Below are positions 8,780 to 15,578 of a stretch of DNA of 25,772 nucleotides, piece by piece; position 1 is the stretch's first letter; each line of letters starts with the position of its first letter. The position numbers and the translations under genes were made by a program. Location of the stretch: IMG/VR virus record IMGVR_UViG_2645727704_000002, positions 1 to 25,772 of that record, one strand, 5' to 3'. The notes beneath the pieces are model-generated. The model made no database searches. It was not told where the DNA came from and worked only from the letters and a program-made list of their open reading frames with translations. This DNA comes from a virus.

Positions 8780-8788
8780 GGGGCCTCC

Positions 8789-9352
8789 TTACTTGATGCG
8801 GATCGCGCTCTCGCCGCGCTCCAGGTGAGCCCAGGTCGGTTCAGCGATCAGTTCGTGTTCGCAGTCCTCGCCGGCGTCCATGCGCTTGCGCACAGCGTCG
8901 TTGTGCTCGCGGTCAGCCTTGAGCTTGGCGGCGATGGCGTTTTTATCCGGGGCGATCTTGGTCACCACCGAGGTCAGGTCGTCAGGCACCGCCTGCTCGT
9001 TGTCGACGATCACCCGCTCTTTGCCGGTAACCAGGCTGATGGTGAAGAGCGGCCGCTTGATCGACTTGATGTTGGCAGCGTCCATATTCCGGCGCAGGTA
9101 GTCGGTGATGGCCGTCACGCTGTTCGCCTTGATGCGCTTGAGCTCGACGAGGCGCTCGATCTCCGCGTCGATCGCAAGGATGTCGCCCTCGATGTTGCGA
9201 CGCAGCATGACGATGCTGTCGGCCTTGACCTCGAACTCGCCTTGTATGCCAGACATGGTGTCTTGAATGGCCTGCTTGAGGCCTTCATCGTCCGTGTCGC
9301 ACATGGCTGCCAGGTCGGCCATCTGACCGGTGAGCGCGTATAGCTGGGTCAT
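8789..9352 (-). CDS. Siphovirus Gp157-family protein
   Basis: MTQLYALT...IDAEIERL...PDKNAI...AHLERGESAIRIK pattern; adjacent to the recombinase. Confidence 0.8.
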   Translation of the reverse strand: MTQLYALTGQMADLAAMCDTDDEGLKQAIQDTMSGIQGEFEVKADSIVMLRRNIEGDILAIDAEIERLVELKRIKANSVTAITDYLRRNMDAANIKSIKRPLFTISLVTGKERVIVDNEQAVPDDLTSVVTKIAPDKNAIAAKLKADREHNDAVRKRMDAGEDCEHELIAEPTWAHLERGESAIRIK

Positions 9353-10080
9353 GCTGCAGCCTCCTGTGTCTTGCCTGCTTCGAGGTTTTTCAGCTCAAGC
9401 GAGATACGCGCGGCGCCTTTCTCGTCCTTGCGGCCGATAAGCTTGCGCACGGCGTGGTCGTGGATTTTCTTGCGCTCATGCGGCGTTACTGCCTTCTGCA
9501 TGGTCGTGATGGTGTCGCGGATGAAGTCGAGCCGCTCCTGCTGCTGCCGGTCGATCTCGGCCTGGCGGTCTTCGGCCTGTTCGATGGCCTGCTCGGCTTC
9601 CAGCTGCTGCCGGTAGTTCACGTCGTCGAACATGCCCAGGAACACGTCGGCGCTGAAGCCCAGCATCGACAGCGCCTTCTTGATGGCATCTGTCAGCGAT
9701 TTTTTCGGGGCTTCGCCATCAGTGGTAGTGCCGTACTTCGACTTGTACAAGTACTGGGTGCAGCCGTACTGCTCGATCTCGCCACGCTGGCCGTCGAGCA
9801 CGAACCAGAACTTGATCTTGATGGTGTGGTTCAGCTCGAAGCCCAGGCTCACGCGTTTTTCACCCTCGCCGCTGAACATCTCGGCGCCCTTGTCGAAGCG
9901 CTCTTCCGCCACATTCCAGCCGAAGCCGATTCCGGCCGGGCCGAATACCTCGGTGGCTTTCATGATCATCGCGGTGCCGTTCAGGCTGGTGATCTGCTGA
10001 CCGCCGACCTTGGCCTCTTTGGTGAAGCGGGTGTCGGTGGTCTGCACCTGGTCCCAGATGCGAAGGTTGTTCGTGGACAT
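9349..10080 (-). CDS. Rad52/Sak-like single-strand annealing recombinase
   Basis: TEVFGPAGIGFGW and EAPKKSLTDAIKKALSMLGFSADVFLG motifs; GGGAG SD before ATG 10080. Confidence 0.75.
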   Translation of the reverse strand: MSTNNLRIWDQVQTTDTRFTKEAKVGGQQITSLNGTAMIMKATEVFGPAGIGFGWNVAEERFDKGAEMFSGEGEKRVSLGFELNHTIKIKFWFVLDGQRGEIEQYGCTQYLYKSKYGTTTDGEAPKKSLTDAIKKALSMLGFSADVFLGMFDDVNYRQQLEAEQAIEQAEDRQAEIDRQQQERLDFIRDTITTMQKAVTPHERKKIHDHAVRKLIGRKDEKGAARISLELKNLEAGKTQEAAA

Positions 10081-10126
10081 GCGAATCTCCCGCGCCATCC
10101 TTGCGTAGGGGCGCTGATGTGTTCGG

Positions 10127-10243
10127 TTACTGAGTGATTGAGCCAGCCAGAGCGCTGGCCAGCATGAGGGCGGTACACGCGAAGAGGGCAGAGAAGGAGC
10201 CGCGCCAGATGACCAGGCGGCGGGCGCGCTGGTGGCGAGTCAT
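10127..10243 (-). CDS. Small membrane protein (38 aa, not in ORF track)
   Basis: MTRHQRARRLVIWRGSFSALFACTALMLASALAGSITQ; ATGA coupling and GAGG SD. Confidence 0.6.
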   Translation of the reverse strand: MTRHQRARRLVIWRGSFSALFACTALMLASALAGSITQ

Positions 10244-10416
10244 GGGCATGGCCTCGGCCTAGCGATTGGCCGGCGTTTCAGCCAGTCCGCCTTGATCGGG
10301 TAGGGCAGGTCTGCCACGCGCATGCCTACCGGGAAACGGAGAGTGCCGCGCACCTGGGCGGCGTGCGCTTCCTCGACCTGCTCGTCGATGAGCGATTTCA
10401 CGATTGGAGTCGTCAT
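10240..10416 (-). CDS. Hypothetical protein (58 aa, not in ORF track)
   Basis: MTTPIVKSLIDEQVEE...; ATGA overlaps at both ends and GGAGG SD. Confidence 0.65.
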   Translation of the reverse strand: MTTPIVKSLIDEQVEEAHAAQVRGTLRFPVGMRVADLPYPIKADWLKRRPIARPRPCP

Positions 10417-10781
10417 TGCGCCTCCTGCCTTCGGTAGCCTGCGTCATAGATTGCTTCGGCAACTATCCTTCCGCCATCTCTGGCCCGCAGACCTGTTACC
10501 TGGAAGATTTCTGTAACCGCCTTTTCACGCTCTTCCGCTTCAATCTGTTCTGGCGTGCGCATGGGGCGGAAGAAGGAGAAATCTCCTATTGCATGAACGC
10601 GCCCATCTTCAGTTTTCAGAAGTCCCATCGCGCCGCCATTGGCCGCATAGGCTTTACCAATGAATACACCGGGCACCCACTCGTTTAGCGGGCGTCCTTG
10701 GTTGGCAGTTTCGGCGTAGATGTAGCCCTCACAGGGCGTACCATCTGGAGGAAGATAGCCTTCCCAGTCAGCTTCGCTCAT
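10413..10781 (-). CDS. Hypothetical phage protein (122 aa)
   Basis: WEGYLPPDGTPCE ... AEAIYDAGYR; ATGA-coupled. Confidence 0.75.
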   Translation of the reverse strand: MSEADWEGYLPPDGTPCEGYIYAETANQGRPLNEWVPGVFIGKAYAANGGAMGLLKTEDGRVHAIGDFSFFRPMRTPEQIEAEEREKAVTEIFQVTGLRARDGGRIVAEAIYDAGYRRQEAQ

Positions 10782-10972
10782 GCAGCCTCCTTGCGCCCAT
10801 CAACGATCCTGTTGAGGCGCTCGCAGTAGTGGTTGAATTCTTCGATGGTGAGGCGTTGGTCGGCCAGCATCTCGGTGAGCAGCCTGAGCACCATGGCCTG
10901 CCACTCTGGCGGTGTTGCGGGATCGGCCATCGCATCGAGCTCGTTGTCGATCAGCACATGAGGACTTTTCAC
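10778..10972 (-). CDS. Hypothetical phage protein (64 aa)
   Basis: GTGA/ATGA coupling and GGAGG SD. Confidence 0.7.
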   Translation of the reverse strand: MKSPHVLIDNELDAMADPATPPEWQAMVLRLLTEMLADQRLTIEEFNHYCERLNRIVDGRKEAA

Positions 10973-11388
10973 TCTGCCTCCTCGGCCTGGGCCAGAACTC
11001 CTTGTTCAGCGAATGGCATGAGCAGGTCGTGGGCGATCTGCCGCAAAGCTTCGTCAGGGTCAGGCACGGCCAGCAGGTTGTGCGCAGCTTCCTGCGAGTC
11101 GCCGCCGTGCTTGGCGTGGGCGCTGAGGATCAGCCGGCCCAGCAACGTGTTGCCGGTGCCTTGGCAAAGTCGGTCCATGGCGAACTCCTCGACCGCGACA
11201 GCGAATCGCTCCTGCGTCACACCCTGTTGCGGCCGCATGCGGCGCTTGAACACGTAGTCCGCGCCGCGCATCAGCTGGTCGATGCCTTCCTCGATCCAGC
11301 AGCGTTCAGCTTCTTCCTCTGCCGATTCGCTCACCGGTGGAGGCAACTGGTTGTCGTACTGCCATTGTGCTGCTTGAAGTGCGCGCAT
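10969..11388 (-). CDS. Hypothetical phage protein (139 aa)
   Basis: GGAGG SD; AQWQYDNQLPP N-terminus. Confidence 0.75.
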   Translation of the reverse strand: MRALQAAQWQYDNQLPPPVSESAEEEAERCWIEEGIDQLMRGADYVFKRRMRPQQGVTQERFAVAVEEFAMDRLCQGTGNTLLGRLILSAHAKHGGDSQEAAHNLLAVPDPDEALRQIAHDLLMPFAEQGVLAQAEEAE

Positions 11389-11408
11389 GGTCGCCTCCAG
11401 GTGGTGGG

Positions 11409-11630
11409 TTACTCGGTGGGTGGGGTGAGGTGTGGCTGCCAGTGCGTCACGCGGTGCTCGAAGCGCGAGCCATCCCCGTATCGCCAGTCAATGCCGTTCC
11501 AGTAGAGGAACCGGGCGCCGTTGAAGGCGCTTTGCGCTTTCCGTGCCGGGGTGTAGACGATGACCCAGGCCTTACCGCCACCCTTGGGCAGCTCGGGCAT
11601 TTGCTCAGAGCACTTGATCCAGCCGCTCAT
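11409..11630 (-). CDS. DUF551-family protein
   Basis: WIKCSEQMPE ... VTHWQP signature. Confidence 0.8.
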   Translation of the reverse strand: MSGWIKCSEQMPELPKGGGKAWVIVYTPARKAQSAFNGARFLYWNGIDWRYGDGSRFEHRVTHWQPHLTPPTE

Positions 11631-11887
11631 GGCTTCACCCGGGCGGCGAGCATGGCGTCGGCGTATCCGTAAGCAGATTCAGCGGCCTGCTTCGGGGTCA
11701 TCTCGGCAAAAGAGCCCCACATTTCGTTGCCGGGGTACGGGAGCATCCCCTGTAGCGCCTTGGCCGCTAAGTAGTCGCGCAGGGTCATGCCCGGATCATC
11801 AGTCACGCTCAAACCGATTCCGTTTGCTGCTGCGCCACTGTCGTAGCCGATGGTGGGGAACGCTGGTCCGCCTGTGTCTTTGCTCAT
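11627..11887 (-). CDS. Phage protein with GGPAFP / GMTLRDY motifs
   Basis: GGPAFP, GMTLRDYLAAKALQG, AYGYADAMLAAR; GAGG SD before ATG 11887. Confidence 0.8.
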   Translation of the reverse strand: MSKDTGGPAFPTIGYDSGAAANGIGLSVTDDPGMTLRDYLAAKALQGMLPYPGNEMWGSFAEMTPKQAAESAYGYADAMLAARVKP

Positions 11888-11906
11888 CACTTGAACCTCG
11901 GTAGTC

Positions 11907-11984
11907 AACCGCATTGATCAGGCGCCGGGCACCAGGGACCAAGCTGGGCGTGAAAAGCCAAGCCCGGCACCTGTCGATGCGGTC
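11907..11984 (-). promoter_or_regulatory. Long RNA hairpin, candidate RNase III site
   Basis: Minus strand GACCGCATCGA-CAGGTGCCGGGC pairs with GCCCGGCGCCTG-A-TCAATGCGGTT (about 22 bp), just before an SD. Confidence 0.6.
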
Positions 11985-12009
11985 GTATGTGAAGGGAAGG
12001 GGGTGCGGG

Positions 12010-12172
12010 GTGTATCGGTGATGCGATCTGACCGGTACTGATCTCCGGCTTGGGTTTAGTCAATAACTCCGGGGCTTTTAGCCACACCCCCAGTAGGTCC
12101 GGCACCATTACCGGCCACGCTGTAAATCCACTGGCGCATCAGCCTGCGCATTCAGATCGCATCCCGATGCAC
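12010..12172 (-). ncRNA. Candidate structured multi-branch (tRNA-like) ncRNA
   Basis: About 20-bp closing stem GTGCATCGG-GATGCGATCTG / CAGATCGCATC-A-CCGATACAC enclosing GCGCA-GGCTGA-TGCGC, internal hairpins and GCCGG-AGATCAGTA-CCGGT. No credible ORF here. Confidence 0.6.
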
Positions 12173-12221
12173 CCTGCGATGGGGAGCAGGGCATCGGGCC
12201 GTCTTTCCGGCTGTCAGGGAA

Positions 12222-12392
12222 CTAAGATCTGCCCAACTCTTCATGCCAGTAATAGGCGATTGGGTAAAAATACCTTTGAATGTCCAGCTTTACTCCGTAG
12301 CGGAAAATTCCGCCGCCAATCCGTGAATAGAATTCTGTGGCTGCGATAACTCCTTGTCCGTCTGGAGTTTTCACGCGATCTCCGACACGCAT
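12222..12392 (-). CDS. Small orphan protein (56 aa), SH3/KOW-like N-terminus
   Basis: MRVGDRVKTPDGQGVI; GGAGG SD after hairpin C. Confidence 0.65.
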   Translation of the reverse strand: MRVGDRVKTPDGQGVIAATEFYSRIGGGIFRYGVKLDIQRYFYPIAYYWHEELGRS

Positions 12393-12399
12393 CGCATTG

Positions 12400-12457
12400 C
12401 CCTCCATGGTGGTTGGCTTCCCGTCTGGCCCTGTCGCCAAGGCCAGCCAGTGAAATC
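12400..12457 (-). repeat. Leader hairpin repeat C plus SD
   Basis: GATTTC-A-CTG-GCTGGCCTTG-GCGA-CAGGGCCAGA-CGG-GAAGCC...GGAGG. Confidence 0.7.
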
Positions 12458-12689
12458 ACTTAATGCCTGAGGCGAGCCTGAATTCTTTCCAGTCAGCCTC
12501 CGTCACATGAATGGTCTCGTCACCGAAGTCTTTTCCTCGATCGATGTCGTCAACCAGATTCTTCGGATAGAAATCAGCGCGACTATGCGAAGACCCACGA
12601 ACCTCGCCATCCGGATCACAGAAGAAGTGATCGATTCCTTCTGGCCATTCGCTGACCTCCAAACCCAGTACCGCAATCAGTCTCGCCAT
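12456..12689 (-). CDS. Small acidic orphan protein (77 aa)
   Basis: GGAGG SD 7 nt before ATG 12689; MARLIAVLGLEVSEWPEG. Confidence 0.7.
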   Translation of the reverse strand: MARLIAVLGLEVSEWPEGIDHFFCDPDGEVRGSSHSRADFYPKNLVDDIDRGKDFGDETIHVTEADWKEFRLASGIK

Positions 12690-12696
12690 GCTCATT

Positions 12697-12746
12697 CCTC
12701 CAGTGGATTCCCAAAGCACCCGGTCGCCCAGGTGCTTCAGTGAATC
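12697..12746 (-). repeat. Leader hairpin repeat B plus SD
   Basis: GATTC-A-CTG-AAGCACCTGG-GCGA-CCGGGTGCTT-TGG-GAATC-CACTGGAGG. Confidence 0.85.
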
Positions 12747-12747
12747 G

Positions 12748-12939
12748 TCAGGCGGTCAGAGCGTTCAGCTTCTGGCGGCAGTCGCGCATCTCTGCGAGGC
12801 AGCGACGACCGTCTTCATGGTCACCCTTGCGAAACGCTTCCAGCGCCCAGCGCTTCCACTCAGAAATGAAGAAGGCGAGATCGCCGGCGATGGCTTGTTT
12901 CTCGGTGATGAACTGGCCTTTCTCGTTGCGGTAGATCAT
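12748..12939 (-). CDS. Small orphan protein (63 aa), first gene after PL
   Basis: GGAGG SD; MIYRNEKGQF. Confidence 0.7.
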   Translation of the reverse strand: MIYRNEKGQFITEKQAIAGDLAFFISEWKRWALEAFRKGDHEDGRRCLAEMRDCRQKLNALTA

Positions 12940-12947
12940 CTGGTTTC

Positions 12948-12996
12948 CCTCCAGTGGATTCCCAATACCGCCTCATCGAAGCGGCATCAGTGAATC
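12948..12996 (-). repeat. Leader hairpin repeat A plus SD
   Basis: GATTC-A-CTG-ATGCCGCTTC-GAT-GAGGCGGTAT-TGG-GAATC-CACTGGAGG. Confidence 0.85.
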
Positions 12997-13048
12997 TCGT
13001 GGTGCGCCGCGACCCGCTACTGGCGTCGGTCGCTGGCTTCAATCGTTC

Positions 13049-13059
13049 TGTCAAAGAGC
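13049..13059 (-). promoter_or_regulatory. boxA-like antitermination element in the PL leader
   Basis: GCTCTTTGACA (boxA consensus GCTCTTTAACA), followed by hairpin GCGACC...GGTCGC. Confidence 0.6.
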
Positions 13060-13196
13060 TTGCTCAGGTCGGGTCCGCTTGATGCTTTCGCCTTGCGGGG
13101 CCTGGATCGACACTTCGCTGTCGTCTGCTATCTGGCGTGTCCAGATGGTTTGAGGCTTGAGGGCCTCCCGAGGGGCTGAACCGTCTCGGTGAACAA

Positions 13197-13239
13197 AAAG
13201 TAGCACTGCTGCTATTGATGAGTCAACAGCAGTGCTAAT
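13197..13239 (-). promoter_or_regulatory. PL promoter with two operators (OL)
   Basis: Minus strand TTGACT-18-TACTTT with TG extension. Operators AGTAGCA-C-TGCTGCT (13199-13213) and AACAGCA-G-TGCTAAT (13225-13239). Confidence 0.8.
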
Positions 13240-13256
13240 ATTTTTTCACCGCCCAC

Positions 13257-13281
13257 AAAAAAGCCCGCGCAGTGGCGGGCT
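13257..13281 (-). terminator. Intrinsic terminator ending the cI operon
   Basis: Minus strand AGCCCGC-cactgc-GCGGGCT-TTTTT. Confidence 0.8.
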
Positions 13282-13301
13282 AAGTGCTGGATGCCGGATA
13301 G

Positions 13302-13715
13302 CTATCGGGACGGGGCTGGATCCACTTTAGGGGATTCCTGCAATTGTTGCTGAACCTGAATTCTCTCCAAAAGCTTTTGAGTGGCTTGGGACTGGATCTT
13401 CGCTGACTCTACAAGCTGTGACGTTTCGCGGCCTGAATCGAAACTTGCAACAGAAAGGCCAATGATCGTACCTATGATGCCGGAGACGCCGAGAACCGTA
13501 GCTGCGGCGGCACCCCATACACTGCGCTTAACGTCTTTGATTTCACCTAGCTGGGACTGAATCAGCTTGAGCTCACCGCGCATTTCAGCAGAATCCTGGC
13601 GGACTGCAGAAAGCGTATCGCGCACGGCGCCTTCGAAGCCGGCCAAACGTGCATCAATCTTGGCTTGGGTGGCTTCCAGCTTTGCGTCCAACTCTTCACG
13701 TGTGATATCGCTCAT
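13302..13715 (-). CDS. Coiled-coil plus single-TM accessory protein (start uncertain: 13715, 13757 or 13790)
   Basis: MSDITREELDAKLE coiled coil, TM VWGAAAATVLGVSGIIGTIIGLSV, Q-rich tail. Confidence 0.7.
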   Translation of the reverse strand: MSDITREELDAKLEATQAKIDARLAGFEGAVRDTLSAVRQDSAEMRGELKLIQSQLGEIKDVKRSVWGAAAATVLGVSGIIGTIIGLSVASFDSGRETSQLVESAKIQSQATQKLLERIQVQQQLQESPKVDPAPSR

Positions 13716-13830
13716 CAAGCGAGTATCGTCTTCCCGTACGTCTTTGTCACGATCCATTGGTCCGCCAACCCTGGGTGCAGGCGCAATCATTAGGCGATCA
13801 AAGTATCGTCGGGCGTCGAAAGAATAATCA

Positions 13831-14175
13831 TCAAGACTTGCGGCTGAAGGTTTCACGTAGCTTCTCCTCAATCCCTTGATGGTCTTCGCTCAGGGCTTGG
13901 ATCAACAGTGCGCATAACTGTTCCTGCCTATCAGCCTTGTCCCCTAGGTAACCCTGAGAGATCCTAACGCTATCTTCAAGATCTTCTTCTAGCCCATCTG
14001 ATGCTGTCACCATCGGAGTGATCGTCCCTAAGACCATCGACGCAGCAGTAGATGTGAGCATCACCTCAGTGAGAATCATTGCAAGCGTCCTGTTGATGAC
14101 ATGTTGCCTTGCAAGTCGTTCGTTAAGTCCATTTATAACCGTCTGTAGCTCATCTTTTGTAGCTAATTCCGTCAT
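13831..14175 (-). CDS. Accessory protein downstream of cI (114 aa)
   Basis: AGAGGA SD; hydrophobic central helix; more AT-rich than flanking genes. Confidence 0.7.
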   Translation of the reverse strand: MTELATKDELQTVINGLNERLARQHVINRTLAMILTEVMLTSTAASMVLGTITPMVTASDGLEEDLEDSVRISQGYLGDKADRQEQLCALLIQALSEDHQGIEEKLRETFSRKS

Positions 14176-14210
14176 TGGAATTTCCTCTTAAAGCATAGGA
14201 AATCTGCACG

Positions 14211-15014
14211 CTACAGGTCCCCACCGCGCCAGATCACCTGGCCGATAATGCGGTGCTCATTGCCTTGGCTGGCGCCATACATGCGGTCGCCATGGGTATG
14301 CTTGTCGCTGTTGTCGCTCCGCAGAATCCATTGGCCCAGCGGAGCCTGAACAAGCCGCTTCACGATCGCGCCATCGGCACTGGTCAGCACGAAGACGCTG
14401 CTATCGACAGGCTCAATTTTGGACCGATCTACAAGCAGCACGTCTTTGTGGTTGATGGTGGGCTGCATGCTCTGGCCGTCGGCGTACATTACGATCAGGT
14501 GCTCGGGCTTCGCCCCCTTCGAGCGCAGCCAGTTGCGTTTGAATGCCAGGGTCGACTGAATCTCAACGTGCGGGTTCTCGCTGCCCAGGCCTGCGGCTGC
14601 CTTTGCGTCGTACTGCGGAATGAAGGCGTAGAACTCATCGCTGGCATCAGGCAAGTCTTCTGATTCAGGGATCGGGCAGTTGGCAGCTTCCTGACCCGCA
14701 AGTGCTGAGGCGGAAGGATCGAAGCGGCGTATGCCGGCGGCAAGCGACGGGCTCACATCGACAGGCTCGAAGTCGAGCGCCTCGGCCAGCTTCAGCAGTG
14801 CCTCCAAATTCAGTGCAACCTTTCCGGTCATGTACTGACTGACGATGCTCTGGGCAGATTTCCAACCGCAACGCTCGCCAACCTCGGCTTGGTTAAGCAA
14901 ATCCTGATTGGGATCTTCACGGGATTCCTTCTTGCGCTTCAGATAGATGTCATTCAGCCGCTTGGCGTCCTCAAGCTGCTCGGCAGATAGCGGTGTTCTG
15001 ATCGGTTTTTTCAT
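14211..15014 (-). CDS. cI: CI-like repressor (HTH plus S24 autopeptidase)
   Basis: HTH NQAEVGERCGWKSAQSIVSQY; AAAG cleavage site; GQSMQP catalytic Ser; IVKRL catalytic Lys; IIGQVIW. Confidence 0.93.
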   Translation of the reverse strand: MKKPIRTPLSAEQLEDAKRLNDIYLKRKKESREDPNQDLLNQAEVGERCGWKSAQSIVSQYMTGKVALNLEALLKLAEALDFEPVDVSPSLAAGIRRFDPSASALAGQEAANCPIPESEDLPDASDEFYAFIPQYDAKAAAGLGSENPHVEIQSTLAFKRNWLRSKGAKPEHLIVMYADGQSMQPTINHKDVLLVDRSKIEPVDSSVFVLTSADGAIVKRLVQAPLGQWILRSDNSDKHTHGDRMYGASQGNEHRIIGQVIWRGGDL

Positions 15015-15025
15015 GCGCGTGATTT

Positions 15026-15101
15026 AGTAGCAGAGCTGATTTATAAGCAAACAGCACTGCTACTGATTCGCTTGAATTATGTAAAACAGCAGTGCTAATA
15101 T
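15026..15101. promoter_or_regulatory. OR region: three operators and PR
   Basis: AGTAGCA-G-AGCTGAT (15026-40), AACAGCA-C-TGCTACT (15050-64), AACAGCA-G-TGCTAAT (15085-99). PR is TTGAAT (15072)-18-TAATAT (15096) with TG extension. Confidence 0.8.
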
Positions 15102-15128
15102 CAAGCCAAACCATGTGAGGCATGAGTC

Positions 15129-15326
15129 ATGACCACTCTTTCCCTTGAGCAATACCTGGCGGGGCATGGAACCCAGAACGACCTGGCCAAGGCGCTCGGG
15201 ATTCAACAAAGCGCCGTCTCCCAGATGCTCCGCGCCAAGCGCGACATTCGAATCACGATCCATGACGACGGGCAGATCCAGGCCAGCGAAGTGCGACCGA
15301 TTCCTGCCCGCAAATCCGCCGCCTAA
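15129..15326 (+). CDS. cro: Cro-like repressor
   Basis: Divergent from cI; TQNDLAKALGIQQSAVSQML HTH; EVRPIP tail similar to lambda Cro. Confidence 0.88.
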   Translation: MTTLSLEQYLAGHGTQNDLAKALGIQQSAVSQMLRAKRDIRITIHDDGQIQASEVRPIPARKSAA

Positions 15327-15356
15327 CCCACCAACCCAGCAAGGAGCAGTACCCGT

Positions 15357-15560
15357 ATGGCCTACCAGGACCGCAGTCATCTGCATGACCAGATAACGCG
15401 AGTTCGCTTGGATCAAGACACCGACGACCTTCTTCGTTGCCTTGCCAAGTTCCACCGCACCCAAAAGGCCGTACTGGCCCGTGAGCTTCTGGAGGCGAGC
15501 CTTCGAAGCATGCTTTCCGAACTGGGCGAAGAAGATACCGAACATGGCACAGCGGCCTGA
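15357..15560 (+). CDS. RHH-like regulator at the cII position
   Basis: AAGGAG SD; ITRVRLD strand followed by two helices. Confidence 0.7.
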   Translation: MAYQDRSHLHDQITRVRLDQDTDDLLRCLAKFHRTQKAVLARELLEASLRSMLSELGEEDTEHGTAA

Positions 15561-15578
15561 AGAGCCCGAGGAGGCTCT

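Noticed and set aside
12010-12172. Genuine tRNA gene
   Set aside because: No TTC T-loop, no 7-nt anticodon loop and no CCA end.
12400-12996. CRISPR array or Racr (TTCACTG resembles the start of the type I-F repeat)
   Set aside because: Similarity is only 7 nt, the I-F hairpin and tail are absent, and the intervening segments are 170-235 bp genes.
12400-12996. Integron attC sites
   Set aside because: No RYYYAAC/GTTRRRY core ends, the integrase lacks IntI features, and the G-U pattern points to RNA structure.
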